From positions 1 to 64,000 of the forward strand of contig NW_021832853.1 in NCBI RefSeq assembly GCF_006345805.1: 64,000 nt of DNA. Direction: 5' to 3'. Shown piece by piece: positions 27,401 to 42,183 of the stretch. Below the pieces are notes generated by a model. It saw nothing but the letters and a program-made list of their open reading frames with translations, did no database searches and was not told the DNA's origin. The position numbers and the translations under genes were made by a program. This DNA comes from Octopus sinensis (lineage: Eukaryota). Numbering within the stretch: position 1 is the stretch's first letter; the number at the start of each line of letters is the position of its first letter.

Positions 27401-28596
27401 CAGGAAGGGCATCCAGCAATAGAAAAATCGGTCTCATTAAGCTCCATCTGACTCATGTAAGTATTGCAAAGTGGTCATTAACTCTTTCGTTACCAACCCG
27501 GCCAAAACCAGCTCTGGCTCTTGTTTTCATAAGTTTTGCATTAAAATATACCACCAAACCTTAGTCGCAATTTATGTTCCTAACACTAGTTTAATGATAA
27601 CTAAGTTATTTTACTAAATTCTTTGTTATATTTAAAATAATTGAAAGAAACACAGAGCATCTCAAAATAAATACAATAACGAAAGGGTTAAAACTATGAT
27701 GATGATATTGATTTTCCATTTCTTTCCATTTGAATGTTATAAGAGATAAAATCTTCCATTTTTATCTTTCTGTAGTTAATGAACCAAGAACATACTACTA
27801 AAAATAATCATTATTTTAGAGCTTTAAAATAAATAAGCGAATACATACCCCTGACGCACCTCGGTGGGCAAATAATCTTGGTTTGGAAGGCAAACTATCT
27901 GCTGGTCGAACACATGGAGATTCAATAAACAGTGGAATGACATACAGGCCAACTAGAATTGCCATGTATGCTACTAAAGTTAACAGTTTTAAACCTATAT
28001 GGGAAAGAAAACAAAAAGCAATATTATATTATTTGGTTCCATTCAATAGTGAACAAAATTACAAGGAACAACGGTAAGCTTCTGTGTGAAGGTAAATGTG
28101 CATGAATGCAAGCATGCATGCATTCATATATACATACATAGATATGTATGTACATACATACATATGTACATATACACACACATACATACATCAGTACCGG
28201 TGACATGTGACAGCAACAGCACTGGTAACACATAAGAGGCACCCATGCCACAGACACATAAAAGGCGCCCAGTACAGAGTGGATGGTGTTAGGAAGGGCA
28301 TCCTGCCATAGAGACCAAGCTGAAATAGACTGGAGCTTGATACAGCTCTCTGGCATACTAGTACCTGTCAAACTGTCTTACTCATGCCAGCATTGAAAAT
28401 GGACACTAAATGATGCTGGAGATGATGGTGATGATATATATATATATATATAGGAACAAGCAAAACATGTTTGGTCATGGGGAAATAGTCCATTGTTTGG
28501 AAACTAGTGACAGTTGGCAAGAGGAAGAGCACCCAGCCAAAGAAAATTTACCTTAATAGACTCCAACCAACCAATGCAAGCATGGAAAACAGGACG

Positions 28597-28627
<31 letters not shown>

Positions 28628-31600
28628 GATGCGTATGATGATGATGATGATGATGATGATATATTTGAAAACACTGAATAAGGGTGATTTTTCTGATAAT
28701 TTGATGAGTAGATGTTTGCAAAGTGTCATTTTGTAAAATTCTCATCATTAAAGGAGAAAATAACTGGTTTACAGAGAAATTGAGGCAAACATAAAAATAG
28801 TTGTCTAGTCTAATTTTGGGGTGCTGTGGAAGAGGTAAACCTATGAAGATATTGGATCTTCAAATGTGGGGTCTCATGGAGGTAATGACAAGCAATTGTG
28901 ACCTCTGGTGATTTGCTGTGCTTGAGAAGACTAATCAAGTGAAATCATAGTTGTGGGTATTGTTGGTGACACATAAAAGGCACTAACTAAACTCTTGGAG
29001 TGGTTGACATTAGGAAGAGCATCCAGCCATGGAAACCAAGCCAAAATCAAACTGGAGCCTGGTACAGCTCTCCAGCTTATCAGATCCAGTCAAACTGTCT
29101 AACCCATGCCATCAGGGAGGAAAGTGTACACTAAATGATGATGATGAGTATGTATGTGTATATATATAAACTAAGTCAGATTAAAATGTAGGAAGCAAGA
29201 TATGGTCACCTGGCCTGTCTCAGGCCATTACAACCTGCTCTGCTCACATTATGTTGTGGCAAGAGTCACAACAGCCCCTGCGAGAATAGACTTGATTGAA
29301 TCACTATAAACAGTAGCGGTCTGAGTGAAAGACAGAGAAGAGGCATTAATTGCAGGAAGTCATAAGGTTTCGTTTTGGTAGTTTGTCAGAATATCATTTG
29401 TTGATTCATGAACAGTTCAAGGAGAGTTTGTTGGAATGTTATGTTGTTACCCTGCTTCGTTATATGTTTATTGTTACTACATGGTTATAGTGTAAACAAG
29501 TATCGTCATAATTAGTGGTGATACTACAATAATTGGTGACGAGTAACTACATTACAATATTATTATCAAGGAAAGAAAGCATAAAACCAAGATGAAAATG
29601 ATGATGACGATGAGGAGTGTGTGTGTGTGTGTATCTGCAAGTCTGTGTTTTTATTAACTCAATAAAATCATTACCCTATACTTGGCTATTGTTATAATTG
29701 TGTAAGAGGAGTAGAAATGGTGGCAGATTACATGCAATGCAGTGTTTAGTTGAAACCTTCCCATTCTGAAATCAAATTATATTTTATTCGTTTCTTTTTT
29801 TCCTTTTTATTTCAGTATAAATTTTGTTTACAGTTATACATGTATTCACAATTTTATGAAAAAAAAAAAATTAAAAAAGGGACATCAGAATTGAACTATG
29901 AAATCCAGAAATCCAGATGGGATCAATAGTTTACTTAGGATCACATTCATGGAGATCAGCAAAGGATCCAACAACAACAAAAAAATCTGATCTCTAAACA
30001 ACTCCCCAAGTTACAGATACTCTTCTGATTGTTACAGAAGACATACTGAACAAAATAACTGGTTCATGAGATAGAAACTTGTAACCAATGATGCTATTGT
30101 TCACAAGTTGCAATATAAAATATACGGATCCTGCTTTTAATCGTTATCTTAATGCTGCTCAATCACACACGAAAGAAGATAAACTGTTGATTTCTTCACT
30201 GTTTTCTCATAATCCTATTTTCTAAACTCTATGTAAAGGTAAATTTATTTGTCAATATATATAAATATCTATTTACATGTTTATCTTCTGAACATAGTTC
30301 TCTCTCTCTCTCTCTCCCTCTATGTATGTGCGTGGGTGTGTGTGTGGGTGCATATTTATATGTATCAAGCCTAATCGCATTTATCTACATCACTAATCCT
30401 TCATTCATGGTCACTGGGACTGTTGGCAAGGAGTAAAGAAGTCACTCTCAAACACAAAATCTGTCCAGAACACATAAAAAAAGGTGAAATCAGCTAAAGA
30501 CTCCCAAGTACCAGGTGGTGGTGGGATTAAACTGGTTGAAAGCCAACCACCTAAGGATCCAGAACACAAACAACCAGAACAAATCCCACAATGCATCACA
30601 TCTGATGGTCTAACAACCCTGTCAAACCCCTACAATGTACTCAGAGTTTATTTTATTAACCCCTCCAGAAGGATGGAAGAGAAAGTTGACCTCAGTGAGA
30701 TTCGAACTTAGGAATATAGACAGGTGAATCAAATACCATTTATGCTACACTAACAATGTAGGAATAGCAGAAAATTAGGAAAATGAAAAATGTCATTGTA
30801 TTTGAGATAGAATTTAATAAGTCTGTTTTCTTTAGCAACTTTTTCAGAAATAATTTGTATATATCTGACAATGATTTTTGAAATGGCAAAATATACTTAC
30901 GGAATCGGTCTAAGATGTACCACTGTCTTATCAGTATCCAAGTGAGGATAGTAAAGATCACAATCAGACCAACATGAATAAATGGACCGACTATCTGGAA
31001 AAATAATCAAAGAAAATAACTCAACTAAAAAATAATAACCGTAATAGTAAATTCATCATCATTGTTTTAACATCTACTTTTCCATGCTTGCATGGGTTAG
31101 ATGCAATTTGTTAAGGCAAGCTTTCTAGTGCTAGATGTCCTTCATATTGCCAATTTCGATCCGTTTCTAAGTAAGGTAGTATTTCTCCATGACTACACAT
31201 ATTTCCACAGAAGATTGGAAAAGAATGATATTGCTTGTATGATGGTGCCACTTGTTTCCAACTATCACATGATGCCAAGGACAAAATGTTGTCCACACAC
31301 ACACATGCGCATACACACAGATGCACACTCAGTGGGATTCTTTCAGTTTCTCTCTGCCAAATCCATTCACAAGGTCATTGTAGGAGATACTTGCCCAAGG
31401 TGTCACACAGTGGGGCTAAATCTGAAACCATGTGGTCAGGAAACAAACTTCATATTATGCAGCTACATCTGTGCCTACAGCCACAACTGATACTCCATAT
31501 GATATCTATGTCAAAAAAGTATCCACTATACTGCTTTGTAAAGACTTTCCTTTCATAATTGTGACAATTTGATCTTAGAATTGATTCTATAGACTATATT

Positions 31601-33008
31601 TCCATTGTTTTTTTTCACTTTGCTAATATTATCTATCAGCTACAATTCCTGACAGAAGTATCACCTTTTTTGTGGAACATAGTGACAATAGGAACAATGA
31701 AAATTTCAACTCAGAATGCACAAATCCAGAACTGATACTGCAAGGCATTTAGTTCAATACTCTAACACTTAAACTAATCAATCACTCAAAAGTTGACTTC
31801 ACTGGGATTTGAACTGGAATATATACCATGAGGCATTCTATCTAACACTGAAACAATTTTGCCAATTTGCTGCCTGTACAAACAGAAGTATGACTTCTAC
31901 TGTTGGGTTTAGAGCTCTATGTACTTTAACATCATCCAGTTTGCTTCCAGTATAATGGTTAAACTGCTACAATACTGAGTAGTATAACTAGTAATGATAT
32001 ACAGAGCAATAGTAGGAGAAATTATGATAAACACAGACATATTATCTTTTTTCAATTACTAATTCCACTCAGTAGAATGTAGCCATACTGGGCAACTACC
32101 TTAAAGTATTTTAGTTGAGTGAATCAACTCCAGTATATTCTTTATTTTCTTTTTTAAGTGTGATACTTATTGTATCAGTGTTTTATGCCAAAGTGTTAAG
32201 TTACAGATACACATAAACACACCAACACTGAATGTCAGGTGGTAGTGGTGGACAAACAGACACACACACGCATGCATGCATGATGGGTTTCTTTCAGGTT
32301 CCATCTACTAAATTCACTCACAAGGCTTTGGTCAACCCAAGGCTATAAGAATGTAATTCTGAAAGAGACTAATAATAGTCACAAGAAAATAACATTGCTT
32401 AATGTTTTCTATTACACATTTTCTAATCATTGACAAAATTTGGAGGAAAATGTTTCAAATATAACAGAGACTTACTTGAAATGATAGTTTCAGCATTGCC
32501 CACACAGATGGCCAGAAAGTATTCAAGGCAATTGTGTAGCCAATGCAACTCAAAAAATTGATGATTATCATCACTACATGGAATGGATGTATATGTACTT
32601 CATGTCCCATAGAAATACGATATATTGATAGACCCTGTTAATGATAGCATAAAATGGATGGAAGCATTGAAATAATCTTAAGTTACAGCATGAGGTAAAA
32701 ATGGATTAAAGGGGAATTATAATCATAAAGTTTATAAAATGGAGGAATTAAAAAATAATTTATTCGTGCATAATTCCAAATGACAACTTAATGAGATCTG
32801 TTTGGTATTAGGGTCCTTAATTTGCTGCCACACAGAGTAGCTGAACCTGAACCATATAGTTAGGAAGTGAACTTCTTAAGTACACAGACATGTCCATATA
32901 TAATATATATATATATATATACTTTATTTAAATAAAGCATATACTCTACCTCTGGTATTTGAGTACTCTTTTTTCCGCCTTATTTCACATTATGTGCTTG
33001 CTCCAGTG

Positions 33009-33072
<64 letters not shown>

Positions 33073-33108
33073 GTATACACATACACACAATCTCCATGCA
33101 AACACACA

Positions 33109-33183
<75 letters not shown>

Positions 33184-34008
33184 CAATATTACAAGCACTT
33201 TAGAATTCAGTGTGAATCAGGAAAAAACTGATGCATCATGACATTTCTTCTCATACATAGACTTTACACTGTTAAATATTTTAGATGATGTCAATATCAA
33301 TGCAGATCTTCCTGTTGACATACAATGAATCAATATATTGTTATAAATATTTCTTTTACCTCCAATTATCATCATCATCATCATCATCGTATAACGTCCG
33401 TTTTCCATGCTGGCATGGGTTTGACAGTTTGATTGAGGTCTGGAAATCCAATGGCTGCACCAGGCTCCAATCTAATGTAGCAATGTTTCTATAGGTGGAT
33501 GCCCTTCCAAATGCCAACCACTCCAAGAGTGTAGTGGGTGCTTTCTACATGCCACTAGTACAGGAGCCAGTTAGGCAGGCCTGGTATCAATCCTGTTTGG
33601 ATAGTGCTTTTTACGTACTGCCAGCATGGGAGCCAGTCAGGGGGCACTGGCATCAGCCATGTTCAGATGGTACTTTCTACAAGCCACCAGCATGGGAGTA
33701 GGTCAGGGGACACTAGCATCGACCACATTCAGATTGTACTTTTTATGTGCTACTGGCATGGGAGACAGTCAGGGTGCACTGGCATCTACCATGTGTGGAT
33801 GATGAATTTTGCATGCCACTGAAATGGGAGCCAGTCAGGGGCCACTGGCCACAGCTACGATTTTCATTTTACTTGACTCAACAGGTTTTCTCAAGCATAT
33901 CATATCACCTGACGCATCAAGCGTACTTTTCAAATGGGCCAGACATGCAACACTGGCACTGGCCATGGCTGCAATCTCACTTTATATATATATATATATA
34001 TGTATGTA

Positions 34009-34043
<35 letters not shown>

Positions 34044-37000
34044 ATGTACACACACACACACACACTTGTATATCTGTTACAAACCAAAGAGGGAACCTAT
34101 ACATGGTCACTCAACTTGCTAGATGTAGCATAGCCATCATATATCATTTACCAAAAAATACATATGTGGTTTGTACCCAACCAATGGACCTCTTTGTCAC
34201 TTCTGTTTCAAATTTCTGCTTCAAATATCTAACCTCAAAATAAATGTTATAAATACCCTTTTTATACTCTTCAAATGTCTGAATCATCATTAAAAACAAA
34301 TAGGTAATAATGTTAAGAAGCAACTAAAGAGAGTACCATCTTTTTTCGCTGTTTGATATTTTAAAACACTACAGTAAGATCATGGCTTTATACCCCCCCC
34401 CCCCCCGAATAATGACGTGTCATTGCAAGTGAAAGATATAAAACATGATCAACCAGCTTATTGTTTCATCAATATTTCATTTGTTTAAAAGTATCAATGT
34501 ATTTTATATTATTGCGAGATGATAGTCACTTCTAACCAAACCAGTTCTTCTGGATGAATTAACATTGTATATTGTATATTATATATACTGTCTTTTGTAA
34601 TAACATCATGTTTTATGGGAAAGATAACATCCTTCTGACACTTTGAAGCAGCAGCTGATTATATAGTCTATATCTTGTTGCTATGCAATGTTGGCACAAT
34701 AAATATTTGATAACATATATCTATTTGAAAGCATTGTTTACAGAGGCAAGTTTTGTCACATTCTGCTGTCATAACATACAAAGACAGCAATACATTTACT
34801 TCATATTAGCCTCTAAGAGGAAAGTAATGTTGCTGAAAATTATGAGAACTTCAACTTGTAACAAAGACAATTTAATAATCTTCAAGGCCTAGGTTTAGGT
34901 AAAGATACTGAATTTAAAAAATGCTATGACTGTAACCACTGTATAAATGAATTTCTATCTTGATCTGACCTTGGACTTGACTGTATATTGAGATTATAAA
35001 AAGTCATAGCATTACAATAAACAATGGTCTATCTTTCTTCCTTCTCCATGATATTAAAACACATTTGGAAGAAGGTTGTGAACAAGATTCATAAAAATAA
35101 AACACATCGCTACACTGAGATTAAAAATAATTCCATCTCTAGCGATAAAACTTTTTCATTTTGTTTTGTATTTTTAATTAGTTTGAACAATAAAATTTGT
35201 GCATTTGTACATCTTTTCCATGCTTGTATTGGCTGCACAGAACATATATATATATTTCATTATCATCATTTAACATCCGTTTTCCATGCTGGCATGTGTA
35301 GGACCGTTTGATAGGAGCTGGCCAGCTGAAGAGCTGCACAAGGCTCCAAGGCTATTTTGTCATGGTTTCTTACAGCTAGATATCCTTCCTAATGCCAATC
35401 ACTTTATAGAGTGTTTGGAGTGCTTTTATGTAGCTCCAGCACAAGTGCATTTACATAGTACCAGTATAGGTGCTTTTTACATGGGACTAGCACCTATAAG
35501 CCTATGTGACTAGGAATGTACAGCTAGAGAGGGATGCAGCATTCATACCTGTATGCAAGGACAGCCACAATTTTGCTTAGCTTGATGTGTCTTCTCAAGC
35601 ACAGCAAACCTCCAGGAGTCTCAGTCCCCTGTCATCCCAGAGACTCCTATGCTTATATTGAATATTGAGAATGAGTGCTCAACCATGCGTTGGTGGATGA
35701 ATTTTTTTCATTTATGAGTTAACAAAGATACCAATTGTTTCATGTGAAGAGATCCTCATATTTGTTCCAAAATGGAGATAAGTACCAACACTTCCATGTG
35801 GTTCACTTTAACAACTGTGAAAATCTCTTCACTGGCAGCCTTGTTAACCTACAAATAAAGTGTGTGTGTGTGTGTGTGTATAATCACTGTAATGACATGA
35901 ATGTTGGATTTTGTTATACATTGTTGATTACAATGTGCTTCCTTGGACTGTTGTAGCTTACGAATGATGCCACCCCACTGGCCAGGTGGGCAAGCCAACA
36001 TTCCACCTGAATGGGACACTAGTCCACTGCAGGATTACACATTTACAGCTGAGTGGACTGGAGCAACATGAAATGATGTGTTTTGCTCAAGAACACAATG
36101 CACCACTGGTCCAAGAATCAAAATCACAATTTTGCAATCGTGTACAACACCATAACAACTGGGACATGTGGTTACACACACACATGTTTGTGTGTGTATT
36201 TATTTTCATGGCGATATGATTGAGAAGTTCACTTCCCAACCATGTGATTTTGGTTTCATGGCACTTCAGGTCAGCGTTCTCCAACTATAGTTCTGAGCTG
36301 ACCAAAGCTTTGTGGGCAAATTGTTGGCCACAAACATCATCATCATCATACAAGTGATATCATTAGTTTGCAATCTTCTATGAAAACATGTCCAGTCCAT
36401 ATGTTGTTTGAAGAATTAAAGGAAATTTTACCTTGCTTTGATACAGTTGAGGGTTGGTGATTGCAAAAGCATCCAGCTACATATAATTTACCTCAACAAA
36501 AAATGACAGTAGTCCATAAACAATCATTAACAATGTGCTGCATGGCTGACAGAGAGACTTAACTCTGAAATGCCCAGTTCACTTAAATGCAAGTAGAAAC
36601 TACTAAGTACTAGTACTATACTAAGGTTGACTGTATTAGTTCTATGACTTCTCCTCTGGTACTTATAGAAGTGAAATGGCAGTGTGTACATGACATGAGC
36701 TATGAGTGGGTTGAGTCTGTTTCAAGAGGTTTTGCAGTGTTTCAGAGTAGAATGTTTTATTGGTCATTATCAAAGTTCATTTAGATGTTGGGAATAGATA
36801 CCAAATTATCTAGAAATGTTACTTATCCAGGAGAGAAGATTTCTCTGTTGTCTGTTTCATCATAAGTCTGTTTCAAGTGTTTTTGCCGTGTTTCAGAATA
36901 GAATGTTTTATTGTACATTATCAAAGTTCATTTATATGTTGGGAATAGATATCAAATTATCTAGAAATGTTACTTATCCAGGACAGAAGATTTCTCTATT

Positions 37001-40000
37001 GTCTGTTTAATATCATAAAGCTGGCAATATGCATCAGCCCTTTAATGTTCATTATGGTTAAAGATGTATTTACATTTTCACATTTGGTCTGGTAAGTAGA
37101 CGTTTACATTGTAAACTTCATTACACAAATTGTTACATTACAACCCTTTCTCATCAATTGACCATACATCTACAGCAAGGAGTCATTACAGTTCATTATA
37201 ATGCAGTACACAAAATAAAACTAAAAATTAAACACAAACTGAAGGAAACATACATAGATATATCATGAGTAAAAATGTTGTATCATGTACTCTAAATCCA
37301 GTGATCTAACATAGCTAAATTATATTTTTTTGTTGTTATTTCTGTGAACTGGAAAAATAATGTAAAAGTGAAAGCAACTTACCACTAAAATTGCAAGATA
37401 CCCAGACCCAATCCCTATTCTGCACAGTATCATTGTATACCATGGTAAATATTTCAGTTTAAACTTTACTGTAAAATACCTGGAAAAGCAATAAATGAAA
37501 ACTTATTAAATCATCATTATCATCACCATTTAACGTCCATGTTCCATGCTAGCATGGGTGGGACTAGAAATGAAAATAATCTTGTGGTTTGTTTTGTTTT
37601 GGCTTTTGTTTGTGTTTTTAATTGTTGAGTGTGGTGGAAAGGGCAGTGTCCCTGGCCTTCACAGGTCCTTCTATTATAGATCAGTGGTACTCAAGTGGGG
37701 TCCACATGACCCTTGGGGGGTCTACATAAGATTTTGTTGCTAAAATTATGTGTAATAAATAGATTATACTTCTACAATAAACAAAATATTTCAACAATTT
37801 TTTAATATAATTCTTAATATTATTTAATTATAAAAATATAAGATTTTTAAAACTTCAAATGATTATGAGGGCCCATCTGAATAAAATAGGAATGAAAAGG
37901 GTCTATAGATAAAAAATGCTTGATAACCACTGTTTTATAGCAATGAAACTAATACTGTTAATGTTTGTTTTGAACCTTTGTAATGAGAAGAGAAACAAAT
38001 CCAGAGAGCCAATGTGTGCTTGGATGGGTCAGACAGAATTTATTGAGGAAGATTTTCTACTAACAGATGCCCTTCCTGTGGTTAGCTCTCACCTGCTTCT
38101 AGGCTAGGTAATATTTCCTATGGCCAGACATGTTATTTCATAGAAGACTGGAAATTAACAAAATTATTCGTGCAATGCTGATGCTTGGCAAGGGTACACA
38201 CACATATGGTGGGCTTCTTTCAGTTTCTGTCAACCAAATCCACTTACAAGACTTTGGTTGGCTCAGAGCTATAGACACTTGCCCAAGGTGCTGCACAGTG
38301 GGACTGAACCCAAGACACATGTCTGCACCTAATATATAAATCAAAAATATTTCCTGAGTAGTAAATTCATATTTTGAAATATTTCAGCCTAATTTACATT
38401 TCCTTAAACAATATCAGATGTGTAAGTTTCCCTTGTGAGTTTAGCTCAGAAAATATAGAAATATGATCTATTCTTTTGATCTGTACTTCAAATTGTTTTT
38501 TGTTGTAATCCAGCTGGATGCCCTTCCTAACACCAACCATTCTGAGAGTGTAGTGGGTGCTTTTACATGCCACTGGCACGAGAGCCAGTCAGGTGGTACT
38601 GGCAACGGCCACGCTCAAATGGTGTTTTTTACATGCCACCTGCACAGGAGCCAGTCCAGCAGCACTGGCAACGACCAGTATAGTTCATTCAAAACAAGAA
38701 ACTGCTCTGCACACCCTCTCATACTTTAACCCTTTATCTCCTAATATAAAACCACTCTCCCATCCCCCAGGGTTCATAGTCTTGCAAGCTGCATGATGAC
38801 CCCAATAAAGCTGGTGACATGTAAAAAGCATCCAGTACATGCTGTAAAGTGGTTGGTTTTAGGAAGGGCATCCAGCTATAAAAGTCAAGCTAAGCAAATA
38901 TTGGAGCACAATGCAGTCCTTGGACCAATCAGATTCTGACATACTGCCCAGGAACATGGACCTTAAATGATGATGATGATGATGATGATGATGATAATAT
39001 CAATAAAGAGGAAAAAGAAAAGGAAAAATTGGGAAAATGATGATGAGCCCTGACAATTGTATAATGCTGAGAATTCTGCAAAAATTATTATATTTCACTT
39101 GGGATAAAAGTCAAAATTAATATCCACAGATGGACAAAATTAAATACTGAAGGGTATTTAATGTAGTGCTTCATCATCATAATATTGTTGACAATAGTGG
39201 TTATATTCATACTTATTTTTTGTTGTTGTTCTCATACAGGACTCTTTAATGTAGCAGTTTGGCAAAAAAGACCAACAGAATAAGTACCAGATTAAAAAAA
39301 CAAGTAATGAGAAGCAAACTCTTCAAGCTGGTGCTCCAGAATAGCCACAGTCCAATGACTGAAATTGGTAAAAGGTAAGTTTACTATTTATGAAGTGAAA
39401 TAAAGACCTTTTATTGATCTTGGTGGGTTTACATCAACAAGCATACATTATGTTGTTATCATGTCATTGATAATGATCATGGTAAGGACCAAACACTGAG
39501 GCATGTGGCTTAATGGTTAGCATATTCAGTGCTCCAATTTTAAATCAGTCTTTCAAAACTAAAACAAGAAATATATAAAATATATTAGATATCTAAATAT
39601 ATATTAAAAAAGTACATTAAAATTGCCATCTGTGTATCATACAAAATGTATATACACTGTTAGAAGGTATGAATTATTGCATTAAAATCACAACTTATAT
39701 AGGACTGAGATGAATATCATCACTGCAGTGACTCACCAGAACTACAAACACATTTCATCTTTGTTGAGCTTTCTCAATGCTAGGCACTTGCTTCAACAAC
39801 ACACACATGTGTGCATGCGCGCATGCACACGCACAAGCACATATAGAGAGGCAGGCATGGCTGTGTGGTACAAAGCTTGCTTCCCAACATCATGGTTCCG
39901 GGTTCAGTCTTACTGTGTGACACCTTGGACAAGTATCTTCTACTATAGCTTAGGGTGGAAACTGAAAGAAGCCTATCATACACACACACACACACACACT

Positions 40001-42145
40001 TCCTCTAATATAATTGGAAACAAATTTGATACTCACCAATTAAAATCATCTGAATAATTATCAAGCACAAGCCAGAAGTACAAGTAGAAAGTCATATAAA
40101 TAAAAGTAATCAGGAGAATTACTAGTATGATTAAGTCTTTCTGCAACAAAGACAAAATAATAACATTGTGATTAGTACTTAAATGAATGGTAACAGCACA
40201 AAATTGGAAGCTGACTGAAATTTTACTCTTTACAATAAAACAATTACAGAAACAATATTAAATTAATTATATTAAAATATTTTTAAAAATCATAGGCAGG
40301 AACTAATAACATGCATGGGATAACTTTCTTCTAAACAACAACAACAACAAATGTAAATCATTTCAGAAGGAAAGAAAATTGATTTTATTATATTGATTTA
40401 TAACAGGCACATGGCCACACATTTTGGAGGAAGGAACAGACCATCATTTCAACCCCAGTGGTTGTAAGGAAATTGTTTTATCAAATCCTGAATGATGAAA
40501 GACATATTTACTCTCAGTGAGATTTAGGCTCAAAATGTAAAGAAGCATAACTATGTTACTTACATGTGTGCAAATTGCACCCCTAATTTTGTGTTAAACC
40601 TTGGTACAAAGGTTGCATAGAGTATTAGTTTTAGCTTTGCCCCTCATATAAATAGGACCCTAGGTTTTCTAGTATAAAATAGTGCAAATTATATGGGTAA
40701 ATATAATAATTACTACAAGGCATTTCATTCTATTGATTTTATAATATATTCATTTCTAACATTGACAGAAGGCCTCATATTTTGGAGGAAAGGTTATCAT
40801 CACTTAAATCAACTGCAGTACTTATCTGCTAGTTTATTTTATAAAACCTGAAAGAAAGAAAGACAAAGTTAGCCTCAGTAAAATTTGAGCACCGAAAGTA
40901 TAGAGATGCAACTGAATATCATACAGCATTTTGGCTACCCTTCTTCTAATTCTGCTAAGACAAAACTAATCAAGAATAAACTTTTGCTTTGAAGGATTGA
41001 CAGAATTATCAAGAGAGCAATCCGTATGTTTTTGGCTGCAGGACAAAGGGAAGTATAGGGAGAAAATTACTTTCTTATATCAAGTAAAATTTAACTGAAA
41101 AAAGCATAAAGTTAATAGATAAAAGTTATCACACTGTAGTGAGCAAAAAAGAATATTTGAGAAGAATGTCCTTAACAGTAATGACAAATCTTATCAAGAA
41201 GAGTAAGGGAGAGAATTTTGAAATTCAAATGGATAAAAAATTAATAGAAGAGTGAGTCTGAAATTTGGGTGGAGGGCTAGTTGATTATATAGACTTCCCA
41301 GTACTCAACTGGCATTTATTTTATCAACCTTAAAAAGGTAAAAGACAAAACTGACCTCAGCAGAATATTAACTCAGGACATGAAGGCAGACAAAATGCCA
41401 CTAAGCATTTTGTTCAGCATGCAAACGATTCTGCCACTTTACCATCTTTATAATAATAATAACAACAACAACAATGACGATGACGACAACGATTTACTCT
41501 TTTACTAGCCACAAGGGCTCACATACAAAATATTAATTGACATACAACGACATAAAAGACAAAAAAAAGACGATTCAATGGGTTTTCCATATATACACAA
41601 TGTAATAACAATAAAAATTGAACAAATTAAAACTCCCAATAGGGGAGGCATTTTAAGGTCCTTGTGGAAAAACCCACAAAAGCCACGGGTACCTGAACAA
41701 CAAGGCAAGAGCCCTACTCCTTTGATTCTCATTTTACAGGTGCATGCTCAGAATTGGTCCTTTCACACTGGACATTCTTCCGATATTCACCCACCTTCCA
41801 ACAAACTTACTACAAGGCAGAACTTCCCTCTCCACCCTCAACTTCCTTTTCAAGTGAAACTTGAAAAAGTTGATGAGAGTTTGGCCAAAGAAGAAAGTGT
41901 TTGTCTTTAGCCCTTTCAAACGGGTCCACCATACTACCTTTTTTGCCAAGGCAACACTAACATCCTCTCAACAATTAGCCAGAGATGATTTTTAAAATGA
42001 AAATATCTGAAATAAACTCAACTGCCCTCACAAATGAGAACACTAAAAATGAACCCAACCTCGGCAGAATTTGAACTCAGAACATAGCAACAGGTGAAAT
42101 ACCGCTAAGCATTTCATCCAGTGTGCTAACGATTCTCACCGCCTG

Positions 42146-42183
<38 letters not shown>

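Noticed and set aside
28548-28748. Poly-His ORF
   Set aside because: It is the (GAT/GGT)n tail of a SINE-like repeat.
33560-33860. Regularly spaced ~60-bp repeats resembling a CRISPR array
   Set aside because: Eukaryotic context, degenerate units without unique spacers, no cas genes. It is an internal minisatellite of a SINE-like element.
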